DNA of 63,790 bases, the filler included, from Octopus bimaculoides (taxonomy: Eukaryota): assembly GCF_001194135.2 (NCBI RefSeq). It is 6 parts of 6 records of this genome, joined end to end, with 100 filler letters (N's around TTAATTAATTAA, not from the genome) between each part and the next. Parts side by side here need not be neighbours in the genome. Positions count along the whole stretch, not along the records: positions 13,672 to 34,600 come from NC_068992.1; positions 34,701 to 44,457 come from NC_069000.1; 4 more parts are not named here. One strand, 5' to 3'. Of this stretch, positions 24,331 to 36,811 are shown piece after piece. The notes beneath the pieces are model-generated. The model worked only from the letters and a program-made list of their open reading frames with translations, did not search any database and was not told the DNA's origin. The stretch's first letter is position 1. Each line of letters opens with the position of its first letter. A program made the position numbers and the translations under genes.

Positions 24331-24729
24331 AAATTTTGCTGTAGATATACATTTCAATGTGTGCATAGATAAATGATAAATACATCAAGAGAAAATTGCT
24401 AATATACATGTAAACTTGCTTGCCTTCAGACTAAAGTACTTTATGCCACTTATACTTCTAGAATTACACACACACATGCATGTGCATGTGTGTGGGGTCT
24501 GTGTACATGTGCCACATTTTCCGTCAATACCACAATGTTGCCACTTATCACCATCAACAACAATGACCACACCAGTTTCATCATCATAATCCTCATCTTC
24601 ACTTTAATACTCCTCCCCACCCCAACTACTTGACTGACCTCAATTTAAATCTTCAAAATTCAGGAAATTTTAAACAAATCTACTTGCATATACTTCTGTG
24701 AAATCAGTTAGAAGGATGGAAGGAGTATG

Positions 24730-24781
<52 letters not shown>

Positions 24782-25269
24782 TGTTTTGTGTGTGTTTGAG
24801 TGTGTGTTTGTATGAATTTGTATGACTAATGTATCTAACATCCTACAAAGCACATGAAATTGTACTATACATATTGGTTTCAAAGTTTGGCTCAAGACCA
24901 GCAATTTTGGAGACTGGGTAAATTGACTACATTAACCCCAATGCTCAGCTGGTACTTATTTCATTAACCTTAAAAGGATGAAAGCCAAAGTCAATTTGAT
25001 ACTATTGATAACTATAAAATTGTGTGTATCCTCTCAATGATTAACCAGATATGATTTTTTAAATGAGAGCATCTGAAATAAACTCGAATGCTCTCACAAA
25101 CAGGAATACTAAAAAGGAACCTAACCACTCTCAAAATTAAGTAAAAAGCATGGGAAAATAATCTAGAATCCTTGTCCAGTACCGGATTGATCCCAATGCT
25201 GGTCATGGAGTATGAAGATGAGTGTGCAGGCTGTGTTTGTAGTGCTGTATGTTTGACATCTGCAGTGGG

Positions 25270-25400
25270 AACAAGGACAGTTTTCTCTATGAAGGTCTTT
25301 TTTAGTCTATCCACTGATATAGTGTCTTTATGACCATTAAGGTCAATAGTGAAAAATTGTGTGAAAGAAAACAGAAAGGACCTGTATCTAAAGCAGTGCA
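25270..25400 (-). pseudogene. Gypsy-type integrase C-terminal remnant
   Basis: TGPF...FFTIDLNGHKDTISVDRLK. Confidence 0.5.
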
Positions 25401-26068
25401 TTATATTAATTTAAAAATTAATAATAGAGAAACGAAAATAGAACTTTGGAAACAGCAATGCCACCATAACTTACATGGAAACCATAAGTGTACTTTCAAG
25501 GGAGATGATCAGAGAAAGACTTGAAAGTCAACGTAAGATTGTAATACTTCATGTAATATAAGGTATATATAACAAATAATCCAGAACCCTTGTCCAATGC
25601 CAGATTGATCCCAAAAGCTAATCAGTTTGTGCCAGTTACAAGGCCAAACATTTCTGAAAGTTTCACCCGAATCCATCCAGTAGTTCCTGAGATATCTTGT
25701 CTATAGATAAACAAACAAACATGATTGAAAACAATACCTCCACCTTTACTAAGGCAGAGGTAGTAATTGATTAAGTAACCAGAAGATGGATTTGACATAA
25801 GTCTTTATTTTGTACAATGATCGTTTCGATCCATCCTGCTACTGACCCTTATGGGTGGGACTCTGTTCAACATCTGTTGCATCCATTTTGCAACCTGGGT
25901 TATATCAGGTACATCCATACATAAAGTAATGTCTCGCTAACGATCTTGAGTTTAGGCAGTCATGTTGTTATATGCCTGGTGAGTTAGGGAATGAAACATT
26001 TCTACAATTTTCATTACTATTAACTTTACATAACAAAAATGGTAAACATTTGTAAATATAAACATATA

Positions 26069-27074
26069 CTATATTTTCTGATCTATAAAATGTATAAGTA
26101 TTTAAGCTACAGGGCTAAATTTTGGGGAAAATTTTTGTTTTATCTACACATAAAGTACACTGGTGTTTAAAGGACCTATAGAGCTACAGGTCCGCAGCTA
26201 CCTTTTTTGTCGTTGATGTGTATGTAGTTTCAAAATGCCTCCAAGAAAGAGTTACACAGCTGCTGCCTTCAAATTAGAATGTTATCACCAGAGCCACACT
26301 GAGACAGTACAACATAAATGAATCCATGGTCCATTTATGGCACAAACAAGAAGATTCACTATAACTGACCAAAATAGCAAATCATGGCAAGGTAGCTAGG
26401 TGACCAGTCCTAGAAGACCGGGTTGAGAGTTGGGGGCTTGAGTAGAGAACCTCACACTGAGGTATAAGCACAGTACAGATAAGACTGAAAGCAGTATCTT
26501 TAGCCAAAGACCTTGGGCTGACTGACTTCCAAGGTGGACCTTTCTGGTGTCTCTGGTTCATGCAAAGAAAGCATCTGTCACTGAGAGCCAGAACAATGGT
26601 GTGCCAGACTGCCCGCAGACTTTGAAGAAAACTTCAGACAGTACTGCAAGACCAAAATAAGAGAGCTCACACTCAGCCCTGACCAAGTTATCAACACTGA
26701 CAAGGCCCCACTCACCTTTGTCATATTTTGCGAATGAAAACAACACTAGATTCTATCTTACTATAATCAATGACAAACACAGTTTGTCAATAGTAAAGTC
26801 TTTATTAGATTAAAAATAATATTATCAAAACATGATAGTAAAACAAAACAAATATGCTTTGTTTTCTTCCGGGCACCAATGCAGCAGTAGTCTTTCACAT
26901 TGTTCACTGACTGACCTTTCCTCTGGAAAAAGCAGAGGAAGCATTTGATCTCCAAACACAAATAATTTTCCTCCTGAAACTTGTCAATAATATGCACATT
27001 CGGCACACCTTTCTATGAGCCGCACACTAAATTTCCTGGGTAAAAAATAGCAGCTTATACACCAGAAAATATGG
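26069..27074 (+). mobile_element. Internally deleted pogo/Tigger DNA transposon with transposase relic (Brinker-like DBD, CENPB HTH, start of DDE_1)
   Basis: TA-CTATATTTTCTGATCTATAA ... TTATACACCAGAAAATATGG-TA; MPPRKSYTAAAFKLE (26235); DFQGGPFWCLWFMQRKHLSLRART...LPADFEE...VINTDKAPLTF. Confidence 0.75.
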
Positions 27075-27238
27075 TAAATGTAGATAAGAAAGAAAGAAAA
27101 AAGAAAGAAAAAGGAGAAAAAGAAAAAAATAATTTTTGTCCGCAGGAGAAGTGAATAGGAGAGATTAAGTTACATTTCAGACATAGGAATGGTACTAGAA
27201 AAAGGAAGAGAAAAGAAAAGAAAATATATATATATATG

Positions 27239-27286
<48 letters not shown>

Positions 27287-27474
27287 CTGGCTAAAGGATC
27301 TAGGGTGTGAAAGGCTGGTATACTTGTTAACATAGGTCGAGATGTATATAGGCATATACACACATTCACACACACACCCCCCATACATACACCCACACAG
27401 TGACATCGGTATCCCCTGCCCACTTGGCCAATTTCAACCATAGTTCCTACAGTCTGTGGTAAGAAGATAACTAC

Positions 27475-27520
<46 letters not shown>

Positions 27521-27523
<3 letters not shown>

Positions 27524-28925
27524 AAGCCCTTCAGGTAGATGGCCCTGCTCGATCTGTGGAAAAGGTGTAGGTAGAAACTCCATAAAGTGTACCCAGTGTA
27601 AGCTATGGACACATAACAGGTGCAGAAATATCAAAGGAAGGCTACCTGGAAAGATAGATTCTGTGTGTGGCAAATGCTCAGGAGCAATAAATGTTGAAAA
27701 TGTGCAGAAAACAGCCTCTGTCACATTTCAGTGGGGAAAACTATAAGCAGTTGAAAGCTTATGTTACCTAGGTGACCAAGTCAGTAGTGGGGGTGGATGT
27801 TCCGAAAGTGTAACTGCTAGAATAAGAATAGTCTGGGCAAAGTTCAGAGTGCTCCTACCTCTGTTGATAACAAAGGGCCTCTCGCCCAGAGTAAAAGGTA
27901 AACTGTATGATGCATGTGTGCAAACAGTCATGCTACACAGTATTGAAACATGGGCGGTGACTGCTGAGGACATGCATAAGCTTGCAAGGAATGAAGCCAG
28001 TATGCGCCACTAGATGTATAATATCAGTGTGCATACATGGCAGAGTGTAAGTGCCCTGAGAGAAAATTTGGACTTAGGAAGCATCAGATGTGGTTTGCAA
28101 GAGAGACAACTGCACTGGTATGGTCATGTGTTGCAAATGGATGAGGACAGCTGTGCAAAAAAGTGTCACACCCTAGCAGTAGAGGGAACTTGTGGAAGAG
28201 GTCGACCCAGGAAGACCTGGGATGAGGTGGTGAAACACGGCCTTTGAACATTGGGCCTCACCAAGGTAATGACAAGGGACTGAGGCCTTTGGAGATATGC
28301 TTTGCTTGAGAAGACCCGGCAAACCAAGTGAGACTGTAACCGTGGCCTATGCCAGTGCAGCATAACCAACCCATTTAAGAGTACCCATCAATCATTGAGC
28401 AATAAACTGCACTTGCGAAGGCCTGTTGAGGCAAGTGAAATTGTTGTCGTGGCTGATGACAGTACTACCTGATTGGCACCCGTGCCAGTGGCACGTTAAA
28501 AGCACCATTCTAGCTTGACAGTCCTGCCTGTCAAGCTAGACAGTTTTGCCTGACTGGCTCCTGTGCCAGTGGCATGTAAAAGCACCATTCGAGCGTGGTT
28601 GATGCTAGTGCTGGCTGACTGGTCCTGTACTGGTGGCATGTAAAAAGCACCATTCGAGCGTGGTTGTTGCTGGTACCGCCTGACTGGTTCCCATGCTGGT
28701 GGCATGTAAAAAGCACCAGTCAAGCATGGTCACATGTAAAAAGCAGCCACTATACTCTCGGAGTGGTTGGCATTAGGAAGGGCATCCAGCTGTAGAAACT
28801 TTGCCATATCAGATTGGAGCCTGGTACAGCCTTCTGGCTTGCCAGCCACCAGAAAAACCGTCCAACCCATGCCAGTATGGAAAGCAGACGTTGAATGACA
28901 ACGACAATGATGATAATGATGATGA
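27521..28925 (+). mobile_element. 5'-truncated RTE (RTE-X-like) LINE with PHD-like zinc finger, RT thumb, tandem-repeat 3' UTR and (GAT/AAT)n tail
   Basis: WPCSICGKGVGRNSIKCTQCKLWTHNRC...CGKC; YLGDQV; KGKLYDACV..VMLHSIETW; LHWYGHV; GRGRPRKTW. Confidence 0.9.
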
Positions 28926-29233
28926 TATATACATAGATACATATACACACTCACACACACACATATATATGTACATACGCATATACCTACATACATACAC
29001 ATATACACATGCAAACGTTCCCATCTAGATCTATGTATTTGTCTCATTAGTTTTTCAAGCAGTAACTTTTTGATAGCCTATTTGAGTTACAAACTTTCTA
29101 AGTAAGGCATATTTTTAGTGTGCTATAGGGACTCATGTGTCTGATTATTGACCAACATTTCAACATACTCATCAACATATACCCATTAGTCCAAAATATT
29201 ACACACACACACATGTATACACATACATACCTA

Positions 29234-29279
<46 letters not shown>

Positions 29280-29308
29280 TATACATACACGATGGACTCT
29301 CCCATATA

Positions 29309-29399
29309 CCTCTCATCAAAGGTCGGTAGCTATCGGACACTGACGAAGGGAAATAACCCTGAAACCCTGGTCCGTTCATGCTAAGATCAAGATGAGAGG
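29309..29399 (+). ncRNA. Type I hammerhead ribozyme, copy 1 (predicted cut after C29372; A-C mismatch at the first stem I pair)
   Basis: CTGACGA, stem II aggg/ccct with AAATAA loop, GAAA, GTC; extended stem I TAGC/GCTA, GGTC/GATC, CCTCTCATC/GATGAGAGG. Confidence 0.8.
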
Positions 29400-29657
29400 G
29401 GTACCTTCCCTTGGCAAAACAAACAGGACACAGTAGTGTGTCGATAAGCCAGCTGGAGGAGATGTCCTCCTGGGGCTAAAGCAACAGTAACATCCACCCC
29501 TAGGGGTCAGCCACACTTAAGTGGCAATACACTTCACTTTATCGTGCAGTTACTGTTAATACTTCATTTAGAGAATTAACATTGCTTGTTTTCACTTTCT
29601 CGATATCAGTGAAGAATTTCACTGGAAAAATATACATAAGGTTGCCAAGAATTTATA

Positions 29658-29748
29658 CCTCTCATCAAAGGTCGGTAGCTATCGGACGCTGATGAAGGGA
29701 AATAACCCTGAAACCCTGGTCCGTTCATGCTAAGATCAAGATGAGAGG
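29658..29748 (+). ncRNA. Type I hammerhead ribozyme, copy 2, fully canonical (predicted cut after C29721)
   Basis: GGACG CTGATGA aggg aaataa ccct GAAA ccctg GTC CGTTC plus the same extended bulged stem I. Confidence 0.88.
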
Positions 29749-29964
29749 GGTACCTTCCCTTGGCAAAACAAANNNNNNNNNNNNNNNNNNNNNNNNNNNN
29801 NNNNNNNNNNNNNNNNNNNNNNNNNNNNNNNNNNNNNNNNNNNNNNNNNNNNNNNNNNNNNNNNNNNNNNNNNNNNNNNNNNNNNNNNNNNNNNNNNNNN
29901 NNNNNNNNNNNNNNNNNNNNNNNNNNNNNNNNNNNNNNNNNNNNNNNNNNNNNNNNNNNNNNNN

Positions 29965-30360
29965 AAACATGATCAGGGCTTTACATCAAGATATGAAAGC
30001 TAGAGTTAATTTTGGTGGTAGGCTCTCTGAATCTTTTGCTGCGGAAAATGGAATAAAGCAAGGAGACCTTGATGCACTCACCCTCTTTGTAATATATTTT
30101 GCTGTTGTATTGTTACATGCTTTTCAAAACTCTGAGGAGGGTATTTACATAAAATATCGAACAACAGGGAATGTTTTTAATCTGACCAGACTGAAATTCA
30201 AAACGAAGGTTTTTACTTCAGTCATTAGGGAACTTTTGTATGCTGACAATTGCGATCTGAAACAGGTCTGCAATCTCTTGTATCTGCATTTTACAAAGCT
30301 TGTGATAATTTTGGCTTAACCATCAACTTGAAAAAAAATAAACAGTTGTAATGCATCAAC
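29965..30360 (+). pseudogene. RTE/BovB-like reverse transcriptase fragment
   Basis: MIRALHQDMKARV...SESF..ENGIKQGD..LTLFVIYF...GIYIKYRTTGNVFNLTRLK.KTKV...IRELLYAD. Confidence 0.85.
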
Positions 30361-30799
30361 CGGTGTGTGGTGCTGTTTGTAACCCTGCTAAAATTTTTCT
30401 TAAGGGAAAGTTACTCGAGGTTGTTGATTCATTCGTCTACCTTTGAAGTTCTGTTCAAAATTATGGAAATCTTGATAAAGAAATACAGCTGTGAATTCAA
30501 AGGGCAGCAAAAGCATTTGGCAGCTTGTTGTCACGTGTTTGGTGCCAGCAAAATATAAATATGAATACAAAGCTGACTCTTTACAAATCATTTGTCTTAC
30601 CATTCCTGTTGTATTCCTGTAAAACTTGAACTTGATATGAAAGGCATTTTAAATTGTTAGAACAATTCCACCATAAATGCCTTCATCGCATTTTAAAAAT
30701 TAAATGGAGTTCTTTTACTCCAAACACAGATGTTCTTGCATCTGCAGGCATCACCTCAATTAAATATATGATTCTGAGGAACCAGTTGAGATGGTGTGG

Positions 30800-30995
30800 C
30801 CATATTCAGTTCTATATTTAAAAGATGAGGAATTATGTACATTATTTACATTTGAAGGATATTTGTCCTCATCTTGTTTGTTGTTAACACAACGTTTTGG
30901 TTGATGTACCCTCCAGCCTTCATCAGGTGTCTTGGGGAAATCTAGAACCTGGCTTCTCATTCCTAAGGTATTTTTCTATGTTGTTAATATTATTA
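30800..30995 (-). mobile_element. Short Penelope-derived repeat with a CpG-decayed minimal hammerhead (30886-30931)
   Basis: Minus strand gacac CTGATGA aggctg..caacc AAAAC GTT GTGTT; related copy at 63254-63302. Confidence 0.6.
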
Positions 30996-32778
30996 TTGAG
31001 TGAGAGAGCAGTGCATGCCATCAAAGTGACACTGGGGTAAAATATACGAAGCCCATTATACCCATCATGACTACTCCTCTGAGACATTCCATTTTATTAG
31101 ATTTGTAGGCGATGGCAAGACATCATAGGATGAATGAATCAAAAAACTTAGCTGAGATGTAGTCCACTACTATATCTTATTCCAACTTATTTTCCTTTCA
31201 ACACATTCCTCCCATCACATCTGTCCTTGTTGAGAGCATTGGATCAAATGAAACTCTCTTCTCTCTGTTTCTCTTGTTTTAATGCTGTTGCTAACAACAT
31301 ATCTGCATTCGGTTTGTATCATACTTGCAAACAGTCTGAACTGATCTACACCAAATCCAAGTTCCCTCCGATAAATTTGCATTGCACCCACCATGTCTTG
31401 ATGTGTTAGAGGAGACAGAATGTCATCAGTCTCTGCTTCTGATTTCCACTTACTGGTCGTTTTTACATCTGGTGTATTTCATCTGATTTCTATGTCCTTT
31501 GACTCACAGTATTATCACCGTTTGTACCTTCCCTAGTTTATAAATTTCGACTATTGATGCCAGTGGTAACTACAATGAGCCTCTTTTACAATAGAGAACT
31601 GAATTGCTCAATATCCGATCCTCCATGATTGTTTTCGTTCAGTTTCCTTGTATGTCCCCACTGTCCTGCTTTTGTTACCAACTTTGACCCTCTGCAAATC
31701 CCAAATTTTATTCTGGTTCGCAGGAACAACTGCCTTCAAAGTCTTATATTGTCATTCAATGCTCAAAATAAGGAGTAGAAGGACAGCTGACAACTGAAGA
31801 AGGGTCGTTTTTTTATGTTACCTGTTTTGTTTTTCCATTTGTTTCTCTTGTTGTTTGTGTACCCAACTTTATTTTAGTATTTCAAGTTGCTTATGTTTTG
31901 TGATGTGCTGTAACCATATATGCATATCTATATACATATATATGTATGTATGTACATATATGTATGTATATATATATATANNNNNNNNNNNNNNNNNNNN
32001 NNNNNNNNNNNNNNNNNNNNNNNNNNNNNNNNNNNNNNNNNNNNNNNNNNNNNNNNNNNNNNNNNNNNNNNNNNNNNNNNNNNNNNNNNNNNNNNNNNNN
32101 NNNNNNNNNNNNNNNNNNNNNNNNNNNNNNNNNNNNNNNNNNNNNNNNNNNNNNNNNNNNNNNNNNNNNNNNNNNNNNNNNNNNNNNNNNNNNNNNNNNN
32201 NNNNNNNNNNNNNNNNNNNNNNNNNNNNNNNNNNNNNNNNNNNNNNNNNNNNNNNNNNNNNNNNNNNNNNNNNNNNNNNNNNNNNNNNNNNNNNNNNNNN
32301 TATATATATATGTATATATATATATGTATATATATATATATTATTTATATTATTATTTGATTGAACACCACTCATCCATTTCCAAGTAAGTTTATCTTAA
32401 TATTTTTGATGCGACTCTACCCTTTACTATTCTCTCTCTCTTCCCCTTTTGTTTTCTTTTTCATCCTTTCTATAATTCTTTTTTTCTTTTTTCTCTCCTT
32501 CACCATTTTCTATCTCTCTCTCCCCCTTCCTCCTTTACTCTCTCTCTCGTTGCTCACACATGACCATCGTCCATCTTTCTTTTCCTCTCATGATCATCTT
32601 TCTTTGCCTTCCGTGCTGTCATACAGACTGCACATATTCCTATCTATCTCCTCTTCTACCTTTTCTCTTGTCAAAGACAATATTTCTCCAGTGTTCACTA
32701 CTTTACCTATATATATATATATAACACACACACACATATATATATATATCATACATATAGTTATATATATCATATATA

Positions 32779-32814
<36 letters not shown>

Positions 32815-34272
32815 TTATGTATATATCATATATCATATATAGGAGCACTCCATTGGTTGTGAAGGCGAGGGTCCCAGGGTGAAATTCTGCCCATCTCACC
32901 CATATGCACGATGACCATTTTTAATGCAGCAGCAAATTTAAAAGGTGACCGAAGTGAATAAAAATCATAAAAATATATAAGGAAATTGCTTTTAATTTAC
33001 AATAGTATCAGTGGCTGGCATGCTTAAAAACCATAAAGGCAAAAATTATTAATTAATAATGAAGGGTGCTATTGGTAGTATCAACATGCTAAAAATAACA
33101 GTTTTTGCTGGCATATAAGACACACCTTCATCTAGATACCCTTGATAAAAAAAATGACATTCAGTTGTAGAAAATCCACCTTAACAAATTCTGTCTAACC
33201 CATGCAAACATGGAAGGTGGATATTAAATGAGCCATTGATAGAAGGGTATTGGTTTGTTGATTTTTGCTAATGAGTAGGAAGGCCTTTGGTTGTAGAACC
33301 GTCTAAATTCTTTGCGTCAGTTTCCTATTTTAACTCCATTCACATCAAGGATACATTATATGAATAGAAATCAACCACAAAATATTACTTCTACAAGTAA
33401 AACACCAATTTTCCAGACATTGATGGTCCAAAACATCTTATAATCCACACTAGTTTACAAGCAGGGACTTCAAATTCCTTTGGTCACCAGATTAGTTTAC
33501 TGGTACCTTGCACAGACTAATACTTTGTGCAGTATAGCATTAATGGACTTGTATGATTTATGCAAATGTACAGATACCTGTATTTCATTTAATTATTTAT
33601 GTTAATTTCATATTTGTAGAATTTGGAGTTTGCTAACCATAAGTGGCCACCCCTAGTTTATAAAAGTCACTAATCACAAAAGGCTTTGAAACCAAAGGCT
33701 CCAGAAAAATCGAAGTTGTACTTGTACTTTATTTTTTTTAATGCCTGGAATGATGAAAAGTAAAGTTTGCTTCGATGGGATTTGAACTCAAAATGGGAGG
33801 AGCTGTAACTAAATGCAGTAAAGAATTTTGTCTAATACACTAACAGTTTCGCCAAACACTGCTAAATAGGATGTTGGTGAAGTGACATCAACAACAACAG
33901 CTCTAGCAATGCCATGAAAGTGCAAGTATTATTCAGTGTGTGTGCGTGTGAGTGTGTTATTGTACAAGTGTGCCAGTATGCGGATATGAATGTGAGAATT
34001 GTACAGATTATGTATCCATTGTGTCTGAGTGTAGATAATGTATGTGTATGAGTAAGGGAGAAAGAGAGAAAGAGTGGAATAAATAGAGAGAAAGAGAAAG
34101 GAAAGTGAGAGAGAGAAAGAAAGAAAGAGGTAATCAAAAAGATACAAAGTAAGTGAAGTACCTTATGATCTATTATACACTTAAAACGTGTCTGAATATA
34201 TTGTAGTGCATGTATATATATCATATTGCATGTTTGAAATGTGTTAACTTCCATGCCTTCATGTATTTCCAT

Positions 34273-34306
<34 letters not shown>

Positions 34307-34336
34307 ATATATGCATATATATTTGTGTGTGTGTGT

Positions 34337-34600
34337 GGAGGCGCAATGGCCCAGTGGTTAGGGCAGCGGACTCGCGGTCATAGGATTGCGGTTTTGATTC
34401 CCAGACCGGGTGTTGTGAGTGTTTATTGAGCGAAAACACCTAAAGCTCCACGAGGCTCCGGCAGGGGATGGTGGCGAACCCTGCTGTACTCTTTCACCAC
34501 AACTTTCTCCCACTCTTACTTCCTGTTTCTGTTGTGCCTGTAATTCAAAGGGTCAGCCTTGTCACGCTGAATATCCCCAAGAACTACATTAAGGGTACAT
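34337..34600 (+). mobile_element. tRNA-derived SINE of a third family
   Basis: A box tggcccagtgg (34347), B box ggttttgattccc (34390), non-tRNA body; truncated by scaffold join. Confidence 0.7.
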
Positions 34601-34700
34601 NNNNNNNNNNNNNNNNNNNNNNNNNNNNNNNNNNNNNNNNNNNNTTAATTAATTAANNNNNNNNNNNNNNNNNNNNNNNNNNNNNNNNNNNNNNNNNNNN
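34601..34700. other. Artificial scaffold-join spacer
   Basis: 44N-TTAATTAATTAA-44N. Confidence 0.95.
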
Positions 34701-35199
34701 ATATATGTATATATGTATATATATACATATATACATACATACACACATATGTTTATATAGGCATGTAAAACTCGCAATTGTCTTATCTGAATAATCTGTA
34801 TTTAAATCAATACTTATAATTAGATTTTGAGTACTCTAATCGATTATTTTTCACTCTGTTATCAGTATTAATTTCTAACTTCTTTTTTTTTTTTTTTTTT
34901 AAAAAAGATTAAATAAAACAAAATAATGATTATCGACTTTTTTTAGAAATAAAACAACAATAATTACAACAGCAACACAATTAAAATCAGAGAAGAAATA
35001 TTTCGCTCAGAAATATCTGTAAAGAATCCCGACTAAATCAAGTTTCGAAATTCTATTAATCCTTTATTAGGAGGTTTCCTTTCTTCATATTCAATTGAGG
35101 GTAATCCCTATCTAACGACTGGGTGTTATCTCTTCAGTAACATCGTTGCTGAGGTACTTCTGATAAAGATGGGGATAATAGGGGTAGCGCTTGCTGTGG

Positions 35200-35671
35200 T
35201 GAAGGTGGTGGTTGTGGTAGTAATGGTGGTGGTGTGAGGTTTGAAGAAATGGTGGTGAATTTTCTTGCTAGTGAACGGTGCGAAAGAGTAGAAGACGTGG
35301 TGTTGAGAAAAGTGTTGATTGTGATGTTGTTTTGGGTAAGCGGGGTGTTTGTTGTTGTAGGTGGTGGTGGTCATGGTGATGGTGGTGGTGGTGGTGGTGG
35401 CAACCTTAGAACTTCTGCGAGGGTCGGAGTGAAACTAATAATGAGAGGATGATAATGATGACAGCCGTTATGATAAAAGTGGTAGTGATAGAGAAAAAGA
35501 GGCAGAAGTGTGTGTGTGTGTGTGTGTGCGTGTGTGCGTGTATGTAAGTGTGTGTGTATGTGCGTGTGACTATGTGTGTGTGAATGATAATAACGCTGTT
35601 TTGGTGGTGATGTTAATGATGGTGATGGTAAACATTGGTGATTAATGGTTCTAGATGATGATGATGATGAC

Positions 35672-35702
<31 letters not shown>

Positions 35703-35890
35703 TTAATGATGATGATGATGATGATGATAACACTGAGGACGATGATGACGACGACGATGATGACACCGACAACGAAATCGGTAACAACCGCGACGAACGA
35801 CGACGTTGATGATGATTATAATGATGATGGTGATGATGATGAGGAGGAGAAGAAGGAAGAGGAAGTGGAAGACGGTGATAGTGACAGCGG
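35200..35890. repeat. Compound (GGT)n, (GT)n and (GAT)n microsatellite region
   Basis: Direct inspection. Confidence 0.8.
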
Positions 35891-36192
35891 TGGCGGCACT
35901 GTGAACGGTCACATCCAACTGGTTTGTGGGTGGCGGTGGATTAGTGTTCAACCACTCATCGATCTCGACTCTCCTTCACAAAAGAGCACTTGAATGCAGT
36001 GAAAAGCCTTAATGTTATCAACAGATTCTTTAAATAAAATGAAAACAAAGCAAAATAAAATTTAAAAAAAAATATTAAAAAATATTTAAAAATGTTCTGC
36101 TACTCTATGAACTGTTCAGAATTTCCAATTTGATTTTAAATATATAAACAAAGATATGATAGCAAGGACGTGTTTAACGTGTACGTACAAAC

Positions 36193-36297
<105 letters not shown>

Positions 36298-36778
36298 CAT
36301 ACACACATATACATACACATATATATACATATACTTATATACAGATACATACACATACTCATATATTTATATACATATTTACAAATATTTTATTGGTATA
36401 TATATATATATGTATGTATGTATATTTAGATTTTATCCTTATATTTAATTTTATATATATATATATTTCAAATTAAATATAAGGATAAAATCTAAATAAG
36501 AATCTATATAAGAATTTATCAAGTAGCCNNNNNNNNNNNNNNNNNNNNNNNNNNNNNNNNNNNNNNNNNNNNNNNNNNNNNNNNNNNNNNNNNNNNNNNN
36601 NNNNNNNNNNNNNNNNNNNNNNNNNNNNNNNNNNNNNNNNNNNNNNNNNNNNNNNNNNNNNNNNNNNNNNNNNNNNNNNNNNNNNNNNNNNNNNNNNNNN
36701 NNNNNNNNNNNNNNNNNNNNNNNNNNNNNNNNNNNNNNNNNNNNNNNNNNNNNNNNNNNNNNNNNNNNNNNNNNNNNN

Positions 36779-36811
<33 letters not shown>

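Larger units (their letters stand above)
29305..29772 (+). mobile_element. Retrozyme-like tandem repeat: one full 349-bp unit plus 119 bp of a second, truncated by a gap
   Basis: 29305-29423 equals 29654-29772 except 2 substitutions; each contains a type I hammerhead. Confidence 0.8.

Noticed and set aside
28470-28745. CRISPR-like array
   Set aside because: Eukaryotic LINE 3' UTR; units are wholly repeated with no unique spacers and no cas genes
29440-29500. HDV-like ribozyme in the 349-nt unit
   Set aside because: TCCTCC and GGCTAA resemble L3 and J4/2, but I could not assign P1, P2 or P3 pairings
34337-34410. tRNA gene
   Set aside because: A and B boxes present but no acceptor stem, anticodon arm or T-run terminator; continues into a SINE body
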